A stretch of 64,000 bases of DNA, taken from positions 496,001 to 560,000 of the forward strand of contig RDEW01000033.1 of NCBI GenBank assembly GCA_011109175.1, written 5' to 3'. Source of the stretch: Dicyema japonicum. Its lineage: Eukaryota > Animalia > Dicyemida. The position numbers and the translations under genes were made by a program. Each line of letters begins with the position of its first letter. Positions within the stretch are counted from its first letter, which is position 1. The notes below the pieces were generated by a model. That model made no database searches. It was not told the origin of the DNA and saw nothing but the letters and a program-made list of their open reading frames with translations. Shown one piece after another: positions 52,251-64,000 of the stretch.

Positions 52251-53522
52251 CAAAAAAAATTACTTTTTAATATCGATTATTTTTTTAATTAATAAATAAA
52301 ATGACTTTTTTATTTTTAAAATGCTATTTTATTTAAAAAAATAGTATTAAAAAATGGATAAATTATTTTACTCTCTATTTGGGCAATAAAAAAGTGGACT
52401 CCGATAGAAGTCCTCTGCAGACATGAAAGAGGATATTTCCGAAGTGCGGCTGGATCGCTGGTGGAGCATTAAAGGACAATTCGAGAGATGTTGGAGGCTG
52501 AAATCACCTAATTAGCGAGTTAATAATTTCTTTCTTGGTGGTCTTGGGGTTTAAAAAATTAAGATTTTCATGTGGGTCACCTACTCGCAGAAAAAACTGC
52601 CTACGTGTGTAGCGAACAGACCTAATTATTTCCCTTACCAAGCCAAATAGTTTGCTTGGTAGTGACTACCAGACGAGCGCCTAGCCAAAGTTCTCAGATT
52701 TGCCTATCCAAGAAACTAAACTTATACCGAAATCCAAGACTCTTCAGTTCAATAACTATTCTGCATTACGTTTCGACCTCCTCCAGCTTAGCTGGGGTGG
52801 TTTACTTATTCTTGTACACATTTTTATTCCTTTTGCTGATTCTTCTTAATTTATTAAATCTCTCTTATCTGAGGATCTCCATATTGAATTTTCATCTATT
52901 CGGGTCAATATAAGCTCCGTTTCACTATTGTCAATGTATCCCGCCGATTTTTTCGTGTCTTCTTAACTACGCAGAGCTTGCTTTCATGTGGTGATTTTAA
53001 TGCTCATCATCCTGCATGGCTATCCTCTACAAATCTGATAAACGTGGAGTCAAATTTTGCATAAGATTTAGTTATTCTGAATAATCCAGTTCTATATACT
53101 TGTTAGTTTTGGAAAATCCGGAGTGAAGAGAGTGTCTCCTGAGTTCAGTAGAGAGGAAATTCTTCTTCCAAGTAGATAACGGGGTGAGAATCGACCAAAT
53201 ATATTTCCGATTACCCATCCCCCTGGACCGGTTCACGTGATGTCCTAACAAAACAACTGGAAGCATAAACAGTAAACTATCTCTTCTCAAAAGACTGAGA
53301 CGTCTGCTTACACTCAGAAGCCATTAGGTCCGTGAAAATCAGTGGTTTCTCCAGTTAATCTATTTTGCTATCGCGAGTGGGGGGTAATTGACTATAATCG
53401 ACAAATCAGATGATAAGGTGACTCATCCCTAACGATCGGGTTATTGCTTGAGAAGGCCATAAATGGTGCTTAAATAAGAAATTTCTATGATAAACCAATA
53501 TAAGAGCAGTTAAGCGAGAAAT

Positions 53523-54140
53523 TTGAATAAATGCTCAAATCAAGACTTAGAAAGTTCAGTCCAAAAATTAGAAAAAACCACGACTTTGACGACGCAAATC
53601 ATCGAATCAGAGCCCACCACTTTGATTTCTGACAAATCTGAGGAGGACTTTAAGATAGAAGACATTCCAACGAGAGTAATCAATTATCCCAGTCTACAAA
53701 AAAGTATAGGATTCAGGTCTAACTGGAACTCAAGAATATTTCAGATAAATGTACCAATCAGAAAATCAAATCGTTTAAATCCCACTGATTTGCTTTTAAT
53801 TTCACTTATCACCATCGGTACGCCTTGTGGATGACTTTTAGGGATTATTGGACTTATCACTCACCCAACGCTCTATTTCATGCAAATTATGAACAATTCG
53901 AAGTTCAACTCTTCATTGGAAGAACCCATAAACAACGTGACTGAAACACAAGAAAGTGGAAGAACCCCATATATTTTAGATAATGTCAGTCTGGGTTCTA
54001 TTGGAAGTGATTTCAACGCAACAGTGCAGGGATCTAGGAAAACAGGATCGATTAGTACAGAAATGGTAAATGGAGTTACTACATCCCCCGATGACTTGGT
54101 AGAGGCAGAAAATGTAGAAATTATGGGAACTACAGTTTAA
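53523..54140 (+). CDS. Orphan single-pass membrane protein; intron 53818-53841; 5' end uncertain
   Basis: A 24-nt GT-AG intron joins two track ORFs in frame through the hydrophobic stretch LLLISLITIGIIGLIT; AT-rich tract after the stop. Confidence 0.45.
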
Positions 54141-54545
54141 TTTGTTTTCTAATAATATCATTCAATTTGTTTTTTAAATATCTTTGTCTTTTCTAATTTA
54201 ATGAATTCCTGAACATATAAAACTGGAAAGAGAAAATAGATAATTGGGGGTCAGCCCACGGCTAGCGTAACACAAGACACAGCGATAGTCACTACTCTAC
54301 TACTAAGAGAAATTTTCATCAATTAGCCACATAGCATCACACGCTACGCTGCTTGCACATAATCATAATGCACATTCGCAACAAGAGTTAATCAATTGAT
54401 ATCGCTTGTGCCGCACCCCGCATAATCTTTGCCGTCAGACGCCTCCACACTTCTCTTGAGATTTCAATTTTCGGAGGTCGTCTAAGTCATCAAGATTTTC
54501 CAGCCGCATTTTTCATTTTTTATGTCGTTATTTAAAATCAGAGAA

Positions 54546-54638
54546 AGTGTTGCCCGTGGTCTCCGCGAAAATGACCGATACTCAGAAAGTACAATTCCAT
54601 GATATCACTTGCGAGAGCAGCGGGATCCATCCTCAATA
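54546..54638 (+). repeat. About 95-bp direct repeat, second copy at about 56875-56965
   Basis: Both copies contain caattccatgatatcacttgcgagagcagcgggatccatcc exactly. Confidence 0.8.
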
Positions 54639-54640
54639 TA

Positions 54641-56420
54641 CAGTAAACTCTCTCAAATTTGCCATTTTCGGTTCCAGCGAAATTGTGGCAAATTTGAGAA
54701 TTGGCAGATTTCAGAATAAAACTCTATTTGCAGTTTCAATTAATTTATTTAAGGATAATTAAACTATTTAAATTAATAAATTTTATTTTTAAGGAAAACA
54801 ATATTTTTAACCAAGGAAACAAAAATTGATTAAATTTTATTATAGTAATGCTCAATTCCCAATTGCCTCTTATTAAAATTTTTAATATCTTCTTTATATC
54901 TTCTTATTGAAGCAGTGAATTCTGCATCATTGTCATTTTCAATGTTTTCTAAAAGATAATTTTCAATATCTCTTAATTTTAAAAGCATTTCAGCCTTGTT
55001 TAATGCTTTATGCACTTCTACACAACCCGATTCTTCTTGTTCCTCAATAGAAATTAATTTTCCTCATCATCAATTGCCTTTTTTCACTGTAATCAATTGA
55101 AATATATTCTTCTAATTCAATAGAATCATAAATATCTGTTCTGGATACGATTTCAGCGGTTAAATTTATGTTAGTAAGTTCTGATTTGTATTCTGTACGT
55201 TCTAGAGTTTAAAACAGTTTGAAATTGTTTATGATTTCACATCTTTCCATGCTATTTTTATATACAATACAGTATCCCTGAGATTTAACTTCTTATATGA
55301 TTCATATACTGAGTTCTTCTCGCATTCCAATATAAATATAGTAATCTGTGCCTTGTAAAATGAACTTTGAAAGATTTGATGATTTCCAGGTTGAATAAGT
55401 CCTGTACTTTGGAATAAACATAATTTTAATATTTTCCAAATAAAGAGGTGGGCAATGGGATGGGCAATTATCCATTAATAACAAAATTGATCTTTTTTCA
55501 ATTTTCAATAGATTGTCAAAATTCGTAATCCAATTCGCAAAAATTGATACAGTCATCCAAGCCCTTTTAGAATTGTAATAAGAAACAAAGGAATTATAAT
55601 CTTAATTCTTGAAACATCAGGGCAATTTTGGTTTCCCGATCAATAGTGGTTTTAACTTATGTGTCCCTGACATATTGGCGCAAAGCATGACTGAAACTCT
55701 ATCCTTGAAATTTTTATATCCCTCAAAAAGTGATTTACAAATACTCCGAGAAGGAATCAATTTATAAAATATTCCTTTCTAATCCAAATTTTAAATATTT
55801 TCAGACGAGTAGCTCTTTGAAACTTCTTCAAATTCTTTTAAAAAGTCATCAATATCCAGATGTTTTTCAGTGCGCATTTAGCCGTGTAATATACGCATTC
55901 GAAATCCATGTCTTTTTTTAAATTTCTCCAAAAACCCGTAAGAATTTTTAAAGCGAAAAATTCTGCCGAAAGTTCTTTAGCGAAAAATTCTGCCTTATGC
56001 AATATTAGAGATTCGTTCAATAAAGCACCTTGAATGTTAGAGTAAATAGAATACTTTTTGATTCAATTTAATCCATCCAATCTACTAGATTTTCATCAAG
56101 CTCCGAGTATTTTAATTTTTTACAAGTTTTTCAGTTTAGGATTTCTGTTCTTGAACTGAAATAAAAACGATTCTTCTTTCATTAATATTGCATTGACTGT
56201 CCTTCTTGAGATTCTCTTTTTAAAAATAGAAGAAAATCTGTTGCATACCGTCTGACATGAAGCTGATTTATTGGTTTCTGTATATCGCAATATTTCCACT
56301 TTTTGAGGAATTGAAAGTCTGGTGTAGCCTCTAGCAGGAACATTCCAATCCATGCTTGCTTTAAATTATTTAAATTTTTTAAAATATTTAAAAAAATATA
56401 TAAATGTCGGATATTCATCA
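54641..56420 (-). mobile_element. Decayed pogo/Tigger-like transposon
   Basis: TA|CAGTAAACTCTCTCAAATTTGCC end; RLSIPQKVEIL psq-HTH; LLLMDNCPSH DDE remnant. Confidence 0.8.
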
Positions 56421-56479
56421 AATATATAATGTTTTTTGGTTTATGTAGTAACATACCTCAGTCACACATAATATCCAAT

Positions 56480-56870
56480 GATACTCTAACAATACAAATC
56501 CCTCACATTCTCTTCACATCTGGACCACGTAGTCAAAAAAGCTAACAACGATTTCTTCGTGTCTTCCTAACTATATGCCGAACTTACTTCCACTTGTAAC
56601 CTTCAGAACAATTTACAAGCAATATATCAGGACAACCTTGAATTACTCGAGCCTTTCCTGGGCTTCATCCCTCGCAGCCTTCAGCATCCAAAAATTCCAG
56701 AGTCAAAAATTTAGCCCTTCGAACAGTTATTGGATGTAACAAATTCACTCCATCCAACTACCACCACTGGGAAACAACCATTCCCCAGTCGGGGATTACC
56801 TCCGCATGAGGAACCTCCAATTTTTAAACAAAATCACCCTATATTCTTGAACCACAAAGACTGCCGATGA
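56480..56870 (+). mobile_element. LINE RT C-terminal fragment
   Basis: TIYKQYIRT and NLALRTVIGC remnants. Confidence 0.6.
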
Positions 56871-57742
56871 TAAAGTGTTGCCGTGGTCTGACCCGAAATG
56901 GACCGGTACTCAGAAATACAATTCCATGATATCACTTGCGAGAGCAGCGGGATCCATCCAATATAGTCCGAATAATCGATTGTTTGCAGTGGTCCCCAAG
57001 CTTTCAGATTTACAGATAATATTGGTTCTGGTTGCTGATCACCTTCGGATAGCGTATATCCAATAGGGATTTCAGTTGTTTTCTGTGAAAAAAATTCAGG
57101 GTTTCAGTTCAAGTTTGATTCAAACCCCACATTCCTGAGTTGTGCTGCAAAATAGCAAATAAATGTATAAACGCACCTTATGGATGCTAAAGACGTGTGA
57201 ATATTTTAGCCACGTGGACTTTAGTCTTTTAAATCCAAGAATCGATAACATTTCCCTTTATTGAACATCTTTTTTCAATCACCGAGTAAGTGAGCCAACT
57301 TTGTTGTTCTCCATTTCATCTTCAATTGAGTTTCTTTTAACAGCAGTGACCTCCGTCTATGTTCGTTAATTTTCAAAAATCATTCCGCAAATGATTCGGA
57401 GCATGCCCTCTCCTTCTGGTGGATGTCTCGAAGACTACCCTAGACAGAAAAACGAGGAGGATCATAGGACAATTACGTTATTGACACTTTCCTAGAAGAC
57501 AACTACGTTCCCCTAGAAGACGAATAGGACTCGGCTTTCTCCATCACACAAGTTATCATTGATTCTTCATGAAGCTTTCTCATGCCCAGAACCTCAGTGA
57601 ACATCAGAGATATGTAGAAGGGTGCAGTAATAGACAAGTGGAAGCGTTCTCGTCCCATCTGCCTACTCATTGATCCGTAAGGTCACTAAGGCTTTTCTCT
57701 TTTACAAGTCCATTAAGAACCAGGGTTTAGCGTTATACGAAG

Positions 57743-57920
57743 ATGCCTCACAGGACCCATTATCTTGTCAGTCACGGAAGACGCTGGAATCTGTTTGGGC
57801 ACATTCTGAGAATGGACCCAAGCACGCCAGCAAATGACATCATGGAAGACTACTTCACAGTATCCGGGGACAAATTCCACGGACGTCAACGAATGACGCC
57901 TTCTGAAATTCTCAATGGTG
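57743..57920 (+). mobile_element. RTE 3' fragment
   Basis: RRWNLFGHILRMDPSTPAN. Confidence 0.75.
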
Positions 57921-59829
57921 ATGGTTATTTGTTGTTGAAATTTAAACGGCGACGTATTTCTATTTCATAAAATTTATAATTGTCTTCATAATGAATGAAA
58001 ACACCAGTTTCCCTAGTCGTACACATAGACGAAGTGACGGATTCAGGAGACATCAGAAACCCAAAGTTATGAACGATGGGCGTGTCAAATGCACCTGTGA
58101 TCTAGATTCCTAACTCGTCCAGCGAAAAGCTGAAGGAATTAGGAGGATCGTCTGTCTACAGCTGCATTTATGTTAAAATCGTTGATATTTCATGTGGCTT
58201 TCTGACATAAATATGAATCTCAAAAATGGAATTTACTAGAAGGAAATAACGTAAAGACCTACTACGCCAGAATCAGTCACAAGGACTTCTCGAGGGCATA
58301 TACGTTCCGTCTGCTACGACTCGACCTATGCCCACCTCGTGATCTGATGTAATCTCGTCGTGAATTGCCAGGAACGCTATTGGAGCAGTGAAACCTTCTC
58401 GTGTGTGTGGATCTGATAGTATTTCCACGTTCCCATTGAACCATATGGCAATATAGCCATAGTCCCCATTACTGCTATTGCCAATCTGTCAATATAACTG
58501 GATTACTTAATAAATGGAAGAACTTTACTCGGTGTCCAGGAACATACTGAGTAAGAAGTTATTCGCTACCAAAATTAACCCTAATTTACTTAAATGAGCA
58601 GCATAAGCGAAAAACCAACTAATAGGTGATCCCAGCTTGCTTGCTAAGTTTGACTTGCTTATGAGATTGCTTATAAATTTTTTAATTTTTTTCACTGTTT
58701 TGATATTTTAAAAATCCGTATTAATGGAGATACCTACAAGTAACTGTGGAGGCGTCAATTCATAAAGGATCTTCTCTAGTGGAAGGGTTTCCACAAAGAA
58801 ATGCCACATTTGCTTTTCTTCCACTTTTTTATTATTTCAATCTCTTCTAAACTCATTGTCACCTGAAAAGTAATGGCTGAGGACAGGCCTCTTACCGGTT
58901 AGAGAAATTGGGATAATTAGCTGAATGGTTAATGATCGCATAGATCAATGTAAAAGATAACAGTAAAAGTTGTATGTAATTTTGTCAAGATTGTGGCATA
59001 CAAGCATAATGAAACCTGTTACATCGTTTAAGTCGTCCAAAAGAATCTTCAGGATGAATTGATTCTGGTCAACCCAGTACCCGGACAAATTTTTGTTTTT
59101 ATACTACTTTGGAATTCCAAGTGTATCTCACTTCTCATGCCTCTTCAAGTTTGTTATATGTGAAGGTCTTTATTGCTATTTTTGGATCTTCGAAGTTATC
59201 AGTCTCGCTTGATGTGTGACTGACACAGGATGATGTGGATTTTTTGAGGGAAAAGTCATTTAATCTTACTTTTTATATCACGGTGTTTTTTCGTAAGACG
59301 GTGAATATCGTTGGGTGTGATTGTTTTGGTGAGTCTTCTAAGAGGTCCTTCGAGGTCAATGACTCAAGTGGTCAAAAGTCTTTGCATTGTTCGTGTTTCC
59401 TCCTTCAATGTGTTGGTGGAACTATGAGGTCCTCAGTGAAGACAAAAGGATAGTTTGGTGTATTTTAACGGGAAGATACCAAAAGAACAGGTTGAACAAT
59501 GTTGGTGATAACAGGAATCCCAGTGCACTACGTATTGTGGAGAATATTGTTCGATATGGGGGATTGTTAGTTTGCACACGAGTGAGGGCCACAGATCAGT
59601 GGTGAGATCTCTGATTGAGCAATACATTTGCTATTCCAGAACACAGCCGAGGAGTAACTAAAACCACGTGCTACTTCAGAAGGTTCAAGCCAAACGTGAA
59701 GTATCAGCACCATTTCACAAGGTAATACAGGCCTCACCACATCTAGTTTAGACACGTGGATAGAAACGACCATAAACTAAGCATCACCAAATCTAAGGTC
59801 AATAAAGAACCAAAAGTTAAAAAGTAAAG

Positions 59830-60179
59830 TTATGTGGGGGTAGGAACAGACTGTGAAGACTTTTTGCCCTCCCTAAAGCCATTGCTGCAAATCAATGAGA
59901 TAAAACAACCGAAAGCGTCTATTCACATCTCTTAGATGACGAGTCGTCCTGTCCCTGGAGCTCGACGGTTCTTTGCCTTCTTGCACCAATTATCTTGGAT
60001 TAGACAAGAGATTACAGCTACGAAGTCTCGGGCTTGGGTAAGCACAACTCGCACATCGTTTTTTCTGGTTATGAAAGCACGGTTTCCACATCTCCGACAG
60101 AGAGAATGAGTTTTCACGTGTCGTTTTCCAAAACTATGTGTTCCTTTAGTCTAAAATAAATATTTCAAAAAACAACCAT
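59830..60179 (-). CDS. RPL37: Second RPL37 paralogue; introns of 26, 22 and 25 nt at the same positions; two -1 indels (error or recent pseudogenisation)
   Basis: Same protein apart from G>S and a different C-tail; about 20 synonymous differences; single-base deletions in CC (about 60073) and AA (about 59944). Confidence 0.85.
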
Positions 60180-60389
60180 AACGAAGTATCAAAAATGTGA
60201 CTTTTTAAAATATTCAAAAATAGTTAATTTATTTTATTATATAATTAGTTTTATTTTTTAATATTTAAATTGGGTGATCCCGAAAGGAATAATTGGTTTA
60301 TCCCCACATTACTTGTTTGAATTTTCGTTAATAGTTTCGTTTCTCCTTTAATTTATTTTTAACTTTAGTACCTCACATTTTATTCATAT

Positions 60390-60720
60390 TTTGTAAATCT
60401 CATTCTAAAGCATGGCATGCTAGCCATAAGCTATTAGGCCTATCGGAGCTTGGGAGAGAACTATCTAAGCCATCATACTTTAGAGATCCTTCTCAACTTA
60501 GAAAAGAGTTACAGACTTGGCCTTTTATCTACCCGCTTATTCCCTAGTTAGGTCAATCTCCATTACCCCACCTATTTAAATAAATCCTTTTTTGGGTTTA
60601 TTAGTGAGTATAAATAATAGTTAGTTAGTTAGTCAGTTTTAATTACGAGTGACGCCACCCACCATCAGTGAACATTTCACTGCGGAACCGGATTATCTAT
60701 ATAAGACATATATCCAACAA
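60390..60720 (+). repeat. Possible solo-LTR-like repeat
   Basis: TATAAATA then (GTTA)n; the 45-bp segment 60647-60692 recurs inverted at 20637-20680. Boundaries unproven. Confidence 0.35.
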
Positions 60721-60859
60721 AAGAAGTTCTTGGTTCTTAGAAGAATTCATTAGGAAATGTATGTATTTTTCTAAATTAAGCAAATTGTCGAAATTTTAGT
60801 TTTAAATAAATAATTTTACTTTTTAAATAAATAATTTTACTTTTTTTTAAAACGCGTCG

Positions 60860-63490
60860 TTCTAGTGGTGCTGGTGTATGTCTGTTTTTACCAGTTTGGA
60901 AACAAATCCTGAGGGCCGTCTCTTACAGAGAATATTGAAGATAGAAATTAATTAGAAGTGAGAAGTGTGTCTTCAGGACTACATGATCCAATGGAACTAG
61001 CACACGATCTCTTGTGGGAAATGTTCTTGCTCATCTGTTGTCCCTCAAAGCATTAGTCACTGAGATTCGATCAGGTGACAGGATCAAGTGGATCTCAATG
61101 GTTGTCAACTCTGCGAAAGGATATTCGGGAGAATCCCTCGGGGTGGATGGAGTCTCATCGTCCAGTAATTCAATGGTCGTTTCTCCACTAATTAAAAGTG
61201 TACTCGGCGCTAGAAAACTATTGAATATAAAGTCTAATAAAATGACGCGCGTGGACCAGAAAAGTCGAGATGCTTTAGTTGGATCAGGAGGCTCAGAGAA
61301 CAGTTTACCAAAACAGAAATTTCCATGAATGGAAGATGCAAAAAAGAATTATATGTTCAATTGAGAGAGTTAAATCAGTTCCCCGAGATGGAAGGAAACC
61401 TACACAGAAGATTCTATGTAAGTTGCATAAAAAGGATGTTCTTACTACATTAAATGCAGTGATATCAAACTACGTGTCATCATCTCCGCCAACAGACATG
61501 AATGAGATAACTGACATTGCTCATGCTGCACAAGGCGCATATGAAAATTTGATGAAGAAGCAATCAGTAAAAAGCTTTTGGAGAGAAAACGTAGAGAAGA
61601 GAATTGCAAAATTCAATAAAATTTTGCCTTAGTCTATGGGTTTACTGGGGAAGCATCAAGGAAAGAAAACGCTTGATGTTTTATGCTCGTTTGGATACTG
61701 GAAATCAAAGAAGGGAGAACTGAAAAGAATCTCTACCCTAATTGAAGACAAAATTAAGATCATGGAGAAAAAAATCTCAATTCATGAATCAAAAAATCCT
61801 TTACACGAAATAATTTTTGTTTTGAGCTGAACTACGGAGGTTTTATCGGAGGCTCACGATGACGTCAATAATAGTGATTTTAAAGTTACAGAAGATGAGT
61901 GCGTGTCATTTTGGAAAAATGTATGGGAAAAGGATCAGAATTATTCTCACAGAAATATTGTTGGGAGGCGAATAACAGGAGCAGAGGAGTTACCGTTAGA
62001 TATGACAGTTGAGTTCGTTAGACATTATTCACTATACGCCGAATTGGAAAGAGCTCTGGCTGTGATGGAGTATGGATTTTTTGTCAAGAAATTTGATTCT
62101 CTTCATAGTTATCTGAGTGGAGAGATTATCAAGATAGTGAGTGGTGAATATTGCCGGAAGAATGGTTCTATACAGGGATTACCTACCTCATTCCGAAAAA
62201 AGAAGACTGTTGTTCTCCGAATGACTTACGGCCAATTACGTGCATGCCTATATTGTACAAACTTGTCATAAAATGTGTTAATACAAAACTTACGGATTAT
62301 ATTGAAGGGTTCAATCTCATCTCGGATCAGCTGGGAGTAAGAAGGCAGTGCCCAGGTGCAAAAGAACAGGCTTTAATAAATCAGTGTGGTAATGTTGAAC
62401 GTGGAAATAGCTTATTCACATGATTGATGTGAAGAAGGCTTTATATTCTGTCAATCATGAATTTTCATGAAGTTATTAATTTAGAAATCCTGCGTATTCT
62501 CTCTAACTTCGACTGCACTTAAAATTTGCTAAAAAGAAAGATTATATCTCAGCAGGAATAATTTTGGAAGATTATTAACTTCAATTTCTGATACGAGTGA
62601 ATGCATGCTATTCCAATTTTTAACCGACCTTGAGAGGAAATCGTCAATGTGTCTTCGAAGGGCAGGAATCTTCGGGTCCTAAAAAAGAAAAACACATATG
62701 ATCACTATCGCAAGATTCATTGCACTCAAATACAATGTGGATGACCTATCTAACTTGAACACTGACATTATAGAGGAACATCAAAAGAAGAATTATTTGG
62801 AGAGGACTAATCAGAAATTCTTCATTTAAGTGTTTTGAAAATACGAATGTCGATATCAACGGATCAACAGAATGTCTTGCTGGGGAAACAATAGTCCAAG
62901 GTCGGAAGCAATGTACTGCATTATACAGGATTGGAATCTGTTCTTTGAAGAGATGAAAGCAAATTGCAGTCATTGTGGTGTGGCCACAAAGAGTTTGGAT
63001 CACCTGGCTACACGATGTACCAGGATGCTAACCCGTGCGTTTATGCGGCGACATGATATTTTCGTACACGATAAATCCAAGAACGAAATAATACTAATAG
63101 AGGTAGGGATCACTTCCCAAGATTTGCTAAAACATGTTAAAGTAGAAAAACTTAACAAATACGACCTTCTGGCAGGAGAACCAGAACGACAATAACTCCG
63201 ATTGATTTGACATGGGATGGAGTAGTAACAAAGACTACATGGAAAAACTCAACGTGGATGTTCTACAAAGGCGTAAATCATCAATGACGATTAAAAAAAC
63301 TTTAGAGAGCATGATAATCGAGCATAGACATGGGCTTAAAAATGATAACTATGATGATGAGGTTACAAGAGTGACTAATCATCTTATCTCAAAAGTGAGG
63401 GTGATACAAAGGGCCAATGCCCAAAGAAGAGGAGATTTCAGTTTGCATATTATTATTAATAAGCACACCGCAAAACAACGTAAGTAAAGT
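60860..63490 (+). mobile_element. Decayed R4/Dong-like (RLE) non-LTR retrotransposon with central deletion
   Basis: WFYTGITYLIPK..LRPITCMPILYK, QLGVRRQCPGAKEQAL, CSHC..DHLATRC..RRHD, ILIEVGITSQD..KYDLLA. Confidence 0.8.
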
Positions 63491-63937
63491 TATCTCGCTT
63501 GTGCCACCCTCTCCTGGATACGTTTTGTTAATCGCTTCCAGTTCCCTCAAGTGCTCAAGGTCATCTTCCAACGTCAACCCTTTCCCAATCGAAGTAAGGT
63601 CTTGATGTAGAAGGGTTGGTAGAGTAATTCGTGGTTTTCTCCGGAAAGTCGATCCCGGATGAAGAGCATAGTGGTGTTCCATCGCGGGAGTATTCCTGTC
63701 CATTCTTAAGATTTGACCAACTAAGCCCCATCTGTTACTTCTTATTTCTCCGTCCAATGGGAGGATATTATAATGGGAATGGAGGTATTTGTTTGAGATG
63801 TGCTTTGGCCAGGAAATTCTTAATATGTATCTGAACTGCATTCTATGAAAGGAGTTCAGAGTTTCCAGTTCAGACATTGTGAGTGCCCAAGTAGAAGAGT
63901 TGTACAATAAAACTGATTTTACGAACATAGATTGCAT
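63480..63937 (-). mobile_element. RTE 3' fragment, tail-to-tail with the R4-like element
   Basis: SVLLYNSSTWAL..FHRMQFRYIL..RWGLVGQILRMD..RITLPTLL. Confidence 0.8.
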
Positions 63938-64000
63938 ATTAGTGTTAATTAATTACAATTGATTTTCTTTTATTATAATTTTATTTTTATAATAAAAATA

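Noticed and set aside
1-64000. CRISPR arrays, rRNA, snRNA or spliced-leader RNA genes
   Set aside because: No repeat-spacer array or recognisable structural RNA gene seen; small divergent RNAs could be missed by eye.

Overview
AT-rich eukaryotic window, about half decayed transposons, with compact host genes split by ultra-short (20-29 nt) GT-AG introns, which is why the ORF track fragments them. Host genes rebuilt by hand: ADAT2, DELE1-like Sel1 protein, CCDC86/Cgr1, TEX49/SPMIP11-like, MRE11, a divergent SIX homeobox, BROX, ABHD11-like hydrolase, TOMM7, two inverted RPL37 paralogues and an SLC16-like transporter fragment. SIX implies an animal and TEX49 implies cilia or flagella; with this intron size a dicyemid-like reduced parasite fits best (inference). 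The best finding is a complete 1,830-bp Ginger/TDD-like DNA transposon (4808-6637): 12-bp perfect TGT..ACA TIRs, a 5-bp TSD, and an uninterrupted 437-aa H2C2 + DD35E integrase ORF once seven 23-29 nt introns are removed. Also present: a modular tRNA-like SINE superfamily sharing its tail with an I/Jockey-group LINE, a pogo<hAT<Tc1/IS630 nest with diagnostic TSDs, a near-intact RTE LINE, and CRE- and R4-like retroelements. Several essential genes carry +/-1 indels in short homopolymers, most likely assembly errors. All homology calls come from recalled family motifs; no searches were run.
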